Below, one piece after another: positions 50,896 to 62,495 of a stretch of DNA of 64,000 bases. The notes beneath the pieces are model-generated. The model was not told the DNA's origin. It searched no databases and saw only the letters and a program-made list of their open reading frames with translations. The position numbers and the translations under genes were made by a program. Numbering within the stretch: position 1 is the stretch's first letter; each line of letters starts with the position of its first letter. The DNA is from Sphyrna mokarran (Eukaryota). The stretch lies in assembly GCA_024679065.1 (NCBI GenBank), contig JAGIQG010000016.1, positions 39,804,001-39,868,000 on the forward strand. The letters run 5' to 3'.

Positions 50896-51344
50896 ATGTA
50901 TGCTCACAGTGTCACAGGGTGCTCCTGGGTCTCCCAGCTCCATCACCATTTTCAGATCACAGGCTGATACAAATGTGTTATTTGTTGTCTTAGAGGCAAA
51001 CACATCGTTGTATAAAATTAATGTCCTTACAACAAAATATATCTCCATTAAAACTGAACTTCTCTCTTCTTCTCGCTGTCCAATTCCCTTCAGAAAAGTG
51101 GTGGGAATGTTGCCTTCATTGCCTGGGTCAAGTGTCTCTGGTGAACTGTGTCCCCTAAATAAAGTGCAGACAATAGACACAAACATGTACAGATATTCGC
51201 AGACACTGACAGATGCACAGAGGCACACATGCACATGCAGACACACACAGAGACACGGGCATGCATACAGTCGCACGCAGAGACACAATTGTATGATATG
51301 AAGCCATGTTGCCATTTACAGAACACAGCCAATCCGCTGGTGAA

Positions 51345-51350
51345 TTTATT
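51345..51350 (-). terminator. Candidate poly(A) signal of the LSR-like 3' UTR
   Basis: AATAAA on - followed by a GT-rich stretch (GGCTGTGTTCTGT). Another AATAAA on - lies at 52161-52166. Confidence 0.4.
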
Positions 51351-52880
51351 TGATTAACAAGCGGAAAAAAAACCTGACCATTTCATTTGGAATGGGTCTT
51401 CTCCAAAACAGCTTCCATCACATTTTAATTCCTCTTTTTATCTGACAGATTACTGAAAGCAGTTTTGGGTTTCAGTCTGTGATGGTTTGGATGTTGAGTT
51501 AATCTGGGGCCAAGGAGAATGACAAACATGGTATTTAATTGCTGCGGCACCCGCTATTGCTATCGGACTGGAGAGAGCCCAGGGTAAGGGCTTCACAGCA
51601 ACCAGCACAGAAATTAGGGAGAGTGAGGAGGAAGAAGCCTGAACTTTCACACTCTCCCTGTGGTACAGGAGGTTCCGAACCCAGTAAAGTGTTCCTAGAG
51701 TCTAGGATTCCCCCTCACGGAACTCCCTATTTACAGGAGAGTGTGGGGCAGAGAAATGAGCTTTCCAATCACAGGGACTGCGCCTGATAAACAGGAATGA
51801 CGATAAAGAGAAGAGAAGACATTGCCCAGAGAAGTACTCACAGGAAAAATGTTACAGCACTTTAAAAAAAACCTGAATCTAAAATCATTTACACAGAGTC
51901 CCAAAAGACAATTATAAAAATACAGAACCTTCCCAAAACCCAAATTCCCCCTCCCAATCCCTAACCTCTCCCCCATCCCTCCTAATCCCAACCTCCCTCT
52001 CCCAACCTGTAACCTCCACCCAATCCTAAACTCCCCACTTCCCCCTCCTACACCCCATCACCCCCTCCCAACCCCTAACTTCCCCACCTCCCCTCCCAAC
52101 CCCTAAACTCTCCACACCCCCTGCCCTTATCTTCCCCTCCCCTCTCTTCATTTTGGTCAATTTATTTCGTGAGTCAGCTTTGCAGGTCCTGTACAGACCA
52201 CCCCTCCCCTCCAGACCCACTCCCTCTTTTTCCAGACGCCCCCTTCCCCTTCTTTCCCACATTTGCTACCTCTTCCCCTCTTCCCTTTCCCCCGTCCACC
52301 CACCTCCCATTCCAGATATCAGGAAGAAACACCATTAGAAACATCAGGCAAAAGTTTGGACATCTAGTTCCGGAAGCTTCCGGAAGAATCTGGGTCCATA
52401 AACTCTTACGATTGAAGATTGCTAAAAGTGTTGTTCTAAAATGAAGCAGAAATTATTAATCACAGCGAGAAGAGGAGGGGGAGCGGGGAGGGGGAGGGGG
52501 AACAGGAAGAGGAGGGGAACGGGAGGGGGAGTGGCAGTGTGAGCGGCAGGGGTGAGGCGGAGGGGGGGCTGGATGGGGAGGGGGAACAAGAGGGGGAGGG
52601 GGAGGGGAGGGGGGGATGGAAAGGGGAGGGAGAGCGAGAGGGGAAGGGGCAACCGGGATGGGGGACAAGGAAGGGGAGGGGGTGCGGGAGGGAGAGGGGT
52701 AGCGAGAAGGGGAACGAGAAGGGGAGGGAGCGGGAAGGGGAGTGAGGGGGAGGGGACAGGGAATCAGTTGATAGCTTTCACTGGCTGTTGTGTTCTGTGG
52801 CCTGGACACATGATGCAGTGGAATCGAATGTAATATGGATGACGATTGGTCCTGGGTTAACTCTAAACCAGCATCATCCA

Positions 52881-52916
52881 TTAAACCAGCAGACTCTTGC
52901 AGCTCAGTGTGTCATT
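52881..52916 (-). pseudogene. LSR: LSR last coding exon (NDTLSCKSLLV*)
   Basis: Matches the LSR C-terminus pattern N.ALSRESLVV*. It is in phase 0 with the upstream donor, and the acceptor is mutated (TCCAA| instead of CAG|). Confidence 0.8.
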
Positions 52917-53462
52917 TTGGATTCAAACAAACCGCCTGAATATTAAACACACCCATTTTAATTTTCCCATCAGTAAAACCCACCTATTGTTGCTCTCACC
53001 CCCTCCAGAGAAACCTCTTCCTTTCACTGGCTGTACCCATGCCTGTGACAGGACTCCCCCTGTCCCTACCACCTACACCCTGGGCGCAAGGCTGTATCTG
53101 CTCCCCACCGTGAGGCCCCCCCCTGCCCTCCCCATCCCCTCCCTCTCTCCCCCAGCCCCAATCACCTTCCCACCCCCCACACCTTTCCCACCCCTTCCCT
53201 CCTCCCCACCCAAAACCTCTGCCCACACCTCCCACCTTCTCCTGCCTGTCCCTCCTCCTCCCCGCCCACTCCTCCGACCCCTGTCTTGCCATTCCAACCC
53301 TGCCCCTCCCCCCATCTCTCCCAGGCCCCTTCCGCCGTTCCCAGCACACTTCCCCACGCCGCCTCCTTTCCCAGGGTTTAAACATTGTTTATTCGATCCC
53401 AATCCCAACCCCTACAGTAATTCCAACTCTCTACAAACTCCTGGGAATTCTCATTTCCTCAC

Positions 53463-54006
53463 CTTCCTCAGCTGCTTTTCCGTTTTCCCTCTTGAGGACA
53501 CAGACTCAGTCTTGGTGTACGGAGGTGGCAGGAAAATGTTCTCCTCTCTCTGGTTTCCTGGAATGTGATGTGGAATTGCTACTGCTGTCCGCCTCGCGGT
53601 TCACACCAGCCTTCTTCCGCAGAACCTCATCGAGGAAGGAGTCATCGTATCCGCCTCGCGGATAGTTTCTCCCTCTCTCCAACTCTGTCAAATCATCACG
53701 ACTGTGGCTTCACTTCCGGTACGCTCCACGATGCTCCGGGGAATAATCTCTCCATCTCTGATCCTCGGCTGAAGGCTTTGCTGTCTGACTCACGTCTTCC
53801 ATGGTTCTCATCGTAACCCTGGCCACCCTGGTCATAGTTTTGATCCCTGCACCAACGTCATTCAGGCTTTCCATCGATCGAGCTTGCCGATAAATCCCTG
53901 CACAATAGTGATTGTTATGGTCCCAGCGGTAATCCCGTCTTGGAGTATGATGAGAAACAATGCTAACAACAGTCTCCTCATCTTTATCACGGATGGCAGG
54001 CATCAT
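53463..54006 (-). pseudogene. LSR: LSR (angulin-1) penultimate exon, 5'-truncated
   Basis: MPAIRDKDEE, RQARSMESLND, RK*SHSRDDL, YDDSFLDEVLRKK and (shifted frame) FLPPPYTKTESVSSR..QLRK|GTGAGG. These are LSR cytoplasmic motifs (RARS.D.L, RSRSRDDL, PPPY). In-frame TGA at 53710-53712, plus frameshifts. Confidence 0.85.
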
Positions 54007-56690
54007 CTGCAGCCGGCCTGTCCAGTGCAGCCAGCGTCTCCAGTGCAGCCAAGCACTTCCAATGCAATTCAATGCCGATCTCTCTCATGACCTTCAGTGG
54101 CTGCAATGCATTTTGCTGAGGTTAGCTCCAATGCAGCCAGCTTCTCCAATGCAGCCAGCATCTCCAGTACAGCTGGCATGTCCAATATATCCAGCGTCTC
54201 CAATGCAGCTGGAAACTCCAGTGTAGTTCAATGCCAGTCTCTCACATGCATCTCAGTGTCCTCAATGCTGATGTTTTCCCCAATGCAGCCGGCATGTCCA
54301 GTGCAGCCAGTGACTCCAATACAGCCTGCATCTCCAGTGCTGCTGGTGTCACCAATGCAACCATCGTCTCTAATGCAGCCAGTGTCTCTAATGCAGCCGG
54401 TGTCTCTAATGCAGTCAGCATCTCCAATGCAGCCAGACTCTTCAATGCAACAGGTGTCTCCAGTGCAGCCGGTGCCTCCAGTGCAGCCGGTGCCTCCATT
54501 GTAGCTGGGATCTCCAATGCAGCCGGCGTCTCCAATGCAGTCGGAGTCTTTAATGTAGCAGGTGTCTCCAGTGCAGCCAGTGTCTCCAATGCAGCTGGGA
54601 TTCCAACGCAGCCAGTGTCTCCAACGCAGCCGGCCTCTCAAGTGCAGCCATCGTCTCTAGTGCAGCTAGCATTTCCAATGCAACTGGTGTCTCCAGTGCA
54701 GCCAACGTTTCCAGTGCAGCCAGTGTCTCCAGTGCAGCCAGCATTTCCAATGCAGCTGGTGTCTCCAGTGCAGCAAACTTCTCCAATGCATTCAGCATCT
54801 CCGATGCAGCCATTATTGCTAGTGCAGCCAGTGTCCAGCAGCCACTGCAGCCAACATCTCCAGTGCATCTAGAATCTCCAATGCAGCCGGCGTGTCCAGT
54901 GCAGCCACTGACTCTAATGCAGCTGACGCCACCAATACAGCTGGTTTGTCCAATGCAGCCGGCATCTCCAGTACAACTGGTATCTCTAGTGCAGCCGGTG
55001 TTCAGCTGCCAATGCAGCCAGTGTCTCCAGTGCTGCCAAGCACTTCCAATGAAGTTCAGTGCCGGTTTCTCTCAAGAACCTCAGTGTCTGCAATGCATTT
55101 TGCTGATGTTACCTCCAATGCAGCCAACATCTCCAACTTGACTGGTGTCTCCAATACAGCCAGTTTCTCCAATGCAGCCAGCTTCTCCAGTGCATCTGTC
55201 ATCTCCAATGCAGCCAGGGTCTCCAGTGCAGCTGGTGTCTCCAGAGCAGTTCAGTGCCAGTCTCTCTCTTAAGCATCTCAGTATCCTCAATGCATTTTGT
55301 TGATGTTTTCCCCAATGCAGCCAGCATGTCTAATGCAACTGGCATCTCCCATGCTGCTGGTGTCTCCAATGCAGCTGGCCTCTCCAGTGCAGCCAGTGTC
55401 TCCAATGCAACCGGCGCCTGCAGTGCAGCCAGCATCTTCAATGTAGCCCACATCTTCAAAGCAGCCAGTGTCTCCAATGCAGCCGCTGTCTCTAATGTAG
55501 CTGGGTCTCCAATGCAGCTGGGTTCTCAAATGCAACTAGTGTCTCAGGTACAGCCAGTGAATCCAATGCAGCCGGCCTCTCCAATGCAGCCTCCCTCTTC
55601 AGTGCAGCCAGCATCTCCAATGTAGCTTGCCTTTCCAGTGCAGCCAGTGTCTCCAATGCAGCTGGAGTCTCTAGTGCAGCCAGTGTCTTCAATGCAGCCA
55701 GCGTCTCCGATGCAGCCAGCATCTCCAGTGCATCCAGTGTCTCCAATGCAGCCGGCGTCTCCAATGCAGTCGGCCTCCCCAGTGCAGCCGATGTCTCCAA
55801 TTCTGCTGGTGACTTCATTGCAGCCAATATCTTCAATGCAGCTGGCGACTTCAATGCAGCTGGTGTCTCCAGTGCAGCTGGCATCTCCCGTGCAGCCTAC
55901 ATCAACAATGCAGCCAGCGTCTCCAGTGTAACCAGTACCTTCAATGTAGCTGGCATTTCCAATGCAGTTGGGGTCTCCAATGCAGCCAGTGTTTCCAATG
56001 CAGCCGATGTCTCCATTGCAGCCAGCGTCCCCAGTGCAGCTGTCATCTCCAATGCAGCCCATGTCTTCAAAGCAGCCAATGTCTCCAATGCAGCAGGTGT
56101 CTCCAATGCAGCTGGGGTCTCCAATGCAACCAGTGTCTGCAGTATAGCCAGTGTCTCCAATGCAGCCAGAATCTTCAATGCAACCAGTCTCTCCACAGCA
56201 GTAAGCAATGTCTCCAATGCATCTGAGTGAGAATCCCTCCAATGGAGCTTTGTGCTTTCAATGCATTTCAGTCCCAGTCTCTCCAAGGCAGCTGAGCATT
56301 CCAATGCAGTTCAGTGCCAGTCTCACACATGCACCTCAGTGTCTGCAATGCATTTTCCTGATGTTATCTCAAATGTAGCTGGCATCTCCAGTGCAGTAGG
56401 GTGTCCAATGCAGCCGACGTCTCCAATGCAGCCGGGGTATCCAGTGCAATCAGCGTGTCCAGTGCAGCTGATGTCTCCAATGCAGCCAGAATCTCCAGTG
56501 CAGTCGGCTTGTCCATTGCAGCCAGCCTCTCCAATGTAGCCGGCATCACCAGTGCAGCCGGCGTCTCCAGTGCAGCCTGTGTCTCCAATGAAGCCTGTGT
56601 CTCCAGTGCAGCCAGCGTCTCCAGTGCAGCCAGCATCTCCAATGCAGCTGATGCCTCCAATACAGCCAGAATGTCCAATGCAACTGCCAT
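54007..56690. repeat. 18-bp minisatellite array (right arm) with recurring spacers
   Basis: Same unit and orientation as 43012-46072. Confidence 0.95.
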
Positions 56691-58330
56691 CTAACACACT
56701 CCTCCCACTGCCCCATTCTAACAGATTCCCCCCCATTGTCCCCATTCTAACACACTCCCCCCACTTCCCTCATTCTAACACACTTCCCCCACTGTACTCA
56801 TTCCAACACACTCCCCCCCCCGACCCCATTCTAACCCACTGCCCCCATTCTAACACACTCTCCCACTGCCCCCATTCTAACACACTCCCCCTACTGCCCC
56901 ATTCTAACACACTCCCCCTACTGCCCCATTCTAACCCCCCACGCCCTTCTAACACACTCCCCCACTGCCCCCATTCTAACACATTCCCCCTACTGCCCCC
57001 ATTCTAACACACTCCCCCACTGCCCCCATTCTAACACATTCCCCCATGCTAACTTCCCACTGCCCCATTCTAACACATCCACTGCCCATTCTAACACATT
57101 CCCCCACTGCCCCCATTCTAACACACTCCCCCTACTGCCCCATCTCCCACCACACTCCCCCCTACTGCCCCCATTCTAACACACTCCCCTACGCCCCCAT
57201 TCTAACACACTCCCCCTACTGCCCATTCTACACATCTCCATTGCCCCATTCTACTCCCTGCCCCATTCTAACATACTCCCCTTACTGCCCATTCTAACAC
57301 ACTCTCCCATGCCCCCATTAACACACTCCACTGCCCCCTCTACCACTCCCCCGTGCCCCCATTCTAACATTCCCCTTACTGCCCCATTCTAACACACTCT
57401 CCCCACTGTCCCCATTCTAACACACTCTCCCACTGCCCCCATTCTAACACACTCTCCCACTACCCCCATTCTAACCACTCCCCACTTCCCCCATTCTAAC
57501 ATAGTCCCCCACTTCCCCCATTCTAACACACTCCCCCACTGCCCTCATTCTAACACACTCTCCTGACTGTTCCCATTCTAATACACTCTCCCCACTGCCC
57601 CCATTCTAACATAATCTCCCGACTGTCTCCATTGTAACACACTCTCCCCACTGCCTCCATTCTAACACCCTCCCCCACTGCCCCCATTCTAACACACTCT
57701 CCCTACTGTCCCCATTCTAACACATTCTCCCGACAGCCCCCATTCTAACACACTCCCCCACTGCCCCATTCTAAAACACTCCCTCCACTGCCCCATTCTA
57801 ATACAGTCTCCCACTAATAAAACTCTCCGAGCCCCATTCTAACACACTCTCCCCACTGTCTCCATTCTAACATACTCTCCTCACTGCCCCCACTCTAACA
57901 CACTCCCCCACCCCATCTAACACACTCTCCCCACTGCCCCATTCTAACACACTCCCCCACTGCCCCATTCTAAACACTCCCCCTCCACCGCCCCATTCTA
58001 ACACACTCTCCCCACTGTCTCCATTCTAAAACACTCCCTGCTCCGCTGCCCCCACTCTAACACACTCTCCCCACTGTCTCCATTCTAACACACTCTCCCC
58101 ACTGCCCCCACTCTAACACACTCTCCCCACTGCCCCCATTCTAATACAGTCTCCCCACTGTCTCCATTGTAACACACTCTCCCCATTGCCCCCATTTTAA
58201 CACACTCTCCCCACCCACTGCCCTTATTCTAACACACTCTCCCCACTGGCTATTTTCTAACACACTCCTCATTACACTGTTTCTAACACACTCCCCCATT
58301 GCTCCCATTCTAATACAATCCCCCTACCAT
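56691..58330. repeat. C-rich 25-28 bp minisatellite (CCCCATTCTAACACACTCCCCCACTG)n
   Basis: ~1.6 kb tandem array; the opposite strand has regular G4-G5 runs. Confidence 0.95.
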
Positions 58331-60524
58331 TGCATTTGTGAGCTATCTTGGTTATGAGAGCAAAAAATATAGCAAACAAATTTAGTGAAATGAGGGAGAG
58401 GTATTTTTAGTCATCGGTCGAAGTCAAGTAATTCAAGGCAAGTAAGGTGAGAAGCACGGATGTTAGGCATGTTGTTGTCATAGAAACTGTTTTAGTGCTG
58501 GCGGTTAAAGTGAAACCGATAAATTAAGGTGTTTTTTTTTATTTCCTGCCTGTCAATCTAGTAGCATATTTGATCTCTGGCATTCAGTGACCAGTGTCTG
58601 GTGTTTTGTTGAGCAGGCTAGTGGATTCCTGGAGTATGGAGATTCTAGTCCCTGGTAGCCTGATGATGGAAACTCTAATCTTTGGGAAGGATAATGCAAT
58701 TGATCTTTGATGATCTGTGGAATATTCAGCTCTAGGATGAGATTCCGTAAATTAATACTATGGCATCAAAATATGCCCCTGTTTTCTTGGGTGTTGCATG
58801 TCGATAAGCTTTAAGAAGAATGAGAATTTGTATTTTGCTCTTCTCTGTAAGTCCAGAGATGAAAGTGCAATAATTTATTAAGGTACAGTAATGGGTGCGA
58901 GGGTGGGGGGAAATAGCTCTACTTTCTTTTCTTAAGTCAAATATTCCAAGAGAGATAATTATTCCTGTGAGCATCTCATTGTGGAGATTATGGCTTGGAT
59001 TCCGATTTTGACTTTGAGCTTGCAATTTTATGACATTGTAAGATAGAGTCAAAAGCAAATCAGGAAAAGATATCCAACTCTAATCTCTTGGGAGGCGATA
59101 AATAAGATGAAATCCTAATGTTCACTGATGTCGCAGAGCACAGGGTGACCAAAAGAGGGAATTTCCAGTTAAGCAATTTAATTTAGCTCTTGGGTATAAT
59201 AATCAAATACTGACAGCAAGTTCAGCCTGTAATTAGTGGACTAATGATAAGTTTATTGCAGAAGTACCTAATCCTGAATGTGCAGTAACACTCCCAAGTT
59301 GATGGCCTCAATCACGATACAATGTTCTGCCATTCTATAACCTTCAAGCTAACAATACAGCTACAGCCTTTGATTCCAGTCAGTGTTTCTGTAACATACT
59401 GCAATGTTCACAAGCAGTTACATGTACAATGTTAGTATGTAGATACATTTCGACATTTGTGGTGCTTGATGATTTAAAGCCTTGGGGTTTAATCATGAAA
59501 TTAGTGCAAATTTCACAGCAGTATTTCTGATAAAAGCAAGCGCGCTGGTTTCTTGGTTGCTGTGAATGTAGTGTGTGAAAATGTGGTGGGAAAGCTGGGT
59601 TTTCACAGGAAGAGTAATGCTGCCTTCTAAGTGGCAGCAGCTGGTCTTCTTGACATGCTGCTGTACATAAAGGAGAAGAATGTTTTGAAATAAAATTATT
59701 TGCAACATTAAAATTGTTTTTCTTTCTTCCTGTTTTATTAGCATGTAACAGCACTCCTTTTCTTTTACAGTTGTGGGTGAATTAAGCACAAGTGTACAGT
59801 GAGCACTAATAAGTAGATGGGAATGATTTACAAGACAGTACCAGAAACAAGGAACTCAGCTTTTGTCTCAATCATAACAGCAAGGTTCCTGCCTTTTGCA
59901 AACGTTATCTGGACTCTCTTATCTTGTGCCTCATTCTATGGCTGTTACTGTAACAGATTAGTGACTGAGTTAACTCTGGGATCAAGGGTGAGACAGAACT
60001 TATGGTCAAATATTCCAACAGAGATAATTATTCCTGTGGGCATCCCATTGTGGGGACTAGGTTTAATAGTGGACATGTAAATGGACATTCTGCAATTTTA
60101 AATGATCCCCCTTTGAAAGTCAAGAGAACATTTTTTGAGAAAGTTCCTCCAGGGACTTAATTATCATGGATAGAGTCAGTGGTTGGTTAGATTATGCATG
60201 GTCTGCAGCGAGGAGTCTTAACAAACTTTGCTATGTTCCTATGGTCACAGGGCCAAGTGTAGTGATTTGCCCAAGGCTTCAAATCTAAATCTAACATTTA
60301 AAAGCAGCAATTCTCTCTCCTATATTGTGTAACATTTGTAGCTTAAAATCGCTTCCTAGAAAGAAAGAAAAATCAACTCTTGCTGTGAGAAAACTCATCT
60401 GACAATTCAGATTCGGACGTTTATCAGCATTGTGTAGTGGGAGTTTTTATGTAATATAAAACAGAGAGAAGGTTTTTATCTCCATTTGGTGGCATGATGA
60501 CCCAACAACAGTTTGTTTTGCTAA

Positions 60525-62370
60525 GATTCATTCATGGCATCAGAGTATTGCTGTAAAGGTCAATATTTGTTGCCTATTCCTCATTGTTCTGGAGAAGTTG
60601 ATAGTAACCTACCTTCTTGAACCATGTAGTCCATTTAATGTAATGCAGATAGGGAGGGAGTTCCAGTAATTTGACCCAATGACAGTGAAGGAATGATTCC
60701 AAGTCAGAACGATGCGAGGTTCGGAGGGGAGCTTGCAGATGGTGCTGCCCCCATGCATCTGCTTTGTACTTTGTCCTTCTAAGTGGTAGAAGTCAGAAGT
60801 TTGGAAGTTTCTGTTGAAGAAGGCTTGCTGAGTTGCTGCAGTGTATCTCGTAGATGGTACACACTACTACTACTACTGCGCAGCGGTGATGGAGTGAGCA
60901 AATGTTTAATTTGATGGATGGTATTCTAATCACGTGGGCTGCTTTGTCCTGAATAGTGTCAACCTCCCTGATTGTTGTCGGGGCTGCCCTCCTACAGATA
61001 AGTGGATAGTATCCTATCATTGTCCTAACTTCTGCCTTGTAGATAGGGAGGGAGTTCCAGTAATTTTGAGGACTTGTCCACTAAAACACAAAGTAAAACA
61101 CTCTAAAAACACAGAGTAATTTTGTACTACTCTGCACAAAATTCCCAGCTTCTGACCTGCTCTTGTAGCCACAGGGCGGGATTTTCCAATCATCCCAAGG
61201 ATGGAAATTCCCACCCAAGGTCAATGGACCTTTGCATGATCCGTTCCCGCCTGCTGCAATTCCCATGGTGTGTGGGACAGGAGAATTCCTCCCACAGTAT
61301 TTATATGGCTAATCAAGTTCAATTTCTGGTGAATAGTAACTCTTAGGATAGGGATTGATAGGGGAATTCAGTGAGGGTAATACTGTTGAATGTCAAAAGA
61401 TGAAAGATAGATTCTCTCTTGTTAGAGATGGCCATCATTTGGCACTTGTGTGGAATGAATGCTACTTGCTACTTTATTGACCAAGCCTGAATGTTGTCCA
61501 GTTTTTGCTGCATGTGAGCACAGAGTGCCTCAGTATCTGAGTTACGAATGTAATGAACACTGCAGTCAAGGAACATCCCTATTTCTGATCTAAGGATGAT
61601 GGGAAACATTAATGGAGCAGCAAAAGCCACCTTGGTCTGGGATATTGCCCTGAAGAGCTCCTGCAGTGATTGGGTGAGATGATTGACCTCCAACAACCAC
61701 CAGACGTGACTTCTTCCAGTGGAGGATCTCCCCCAATTCCCATTGACTTCAATTTTGCTAGGTTTCCTTAATACCATACTAGGTCAAAAGCTGTCTTGAT
61801 ATCAAAGGCAGTCATTCTCACTTCACCTCTGGAATCCAGCTTTTTTCTTCATGTTTGGACAAATGCTGGAATTAGATTAGGAGCCTAGTGGATCTGTGAA
61901 ACCAAAGCTGAGTGTCGACGAGCAGTTAGTGTTGTTGTGCTGCTTGATAGCACTATTGATGATACTCTCCATCACTTTGTTGATGAACATAACTAGACTG
62001 ATGGGGTGATGCAATTTTCCAACATTGTTGAAAAGATGCCAGTGTTGTAGTTGTACTGGAACATCTTGGCTAGGGACATGGCTAGCTCTGGAGCAAAAGT
62101 TTTCACTATTACTGCCAGGATGTTGTCAGGGCCCATATCTTTTGCTGCCTTCTACACTTTAATGTGATATCATGTGGAGTGAATCAAATTGGCTAAATAC
62201 TGACATCCGCAATACTGGGGACCTCAGCAGGAAGTCGAGATGGATCACTTACTTAACACTTTCTAGTCAAAGATGGTTGCAAATGCTTCAGCCTTTTTCT
62301 TTTGCAGTGATGTGTAGAGTTCCTCCATCATTAACAATGTAAATGTTTATGGAGCCTCCTCTGTTGTAAT
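60525..62370 (-). mobile_element. Old CR1/L2-type LINE remnant sharing its 3' tail with the Deu-SINEs
   Basis: The 3' end TTCATTCATGG..TTGCTG resembles 2741ff and 15680-15960. Minus-strand fragments read MQQKLDNIQAW, RAGQKLGIL and DTIQDKAAHVI. Confidence 0.65.
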
Positions 62371-62374
62371 ACAA

Positions 62375-62495
62375 AACCCACGCAGTCACGGAGAGAATGT
62401 GCAGACTCCGCATAGATAATGACCCAAGTTGGGAATCGAACCCAGCTGCCTGGCGCTGTGAGGCAGTAGTGCTAACCCACTGTGCCATATGCCGT
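62375..62495 (-). mobile_element. HE1 SINE 5' half
   Basis: B box GGTTCGATTCCC and start of the V-domain. Confidence 0.8.

Noticed and set aside
51930-53400. Pro/Gly-rich ORFs (e.g. 52897-53568)
   Set aside because: Low-complexity C/G tracts in the LSR intron and 3' UTR.
54050-56370. CRISPR-like repeat/spacer array
   Set aside because: Vertebrate context, degenerate tandem units, the spacers are themselves repeated, and there are no cas genes.
56691-58330. Interstitial telomere
   Set aside because: The unit is 25-28 bp and contains TTAGAATGGGG rather than (TTAGGG)n.
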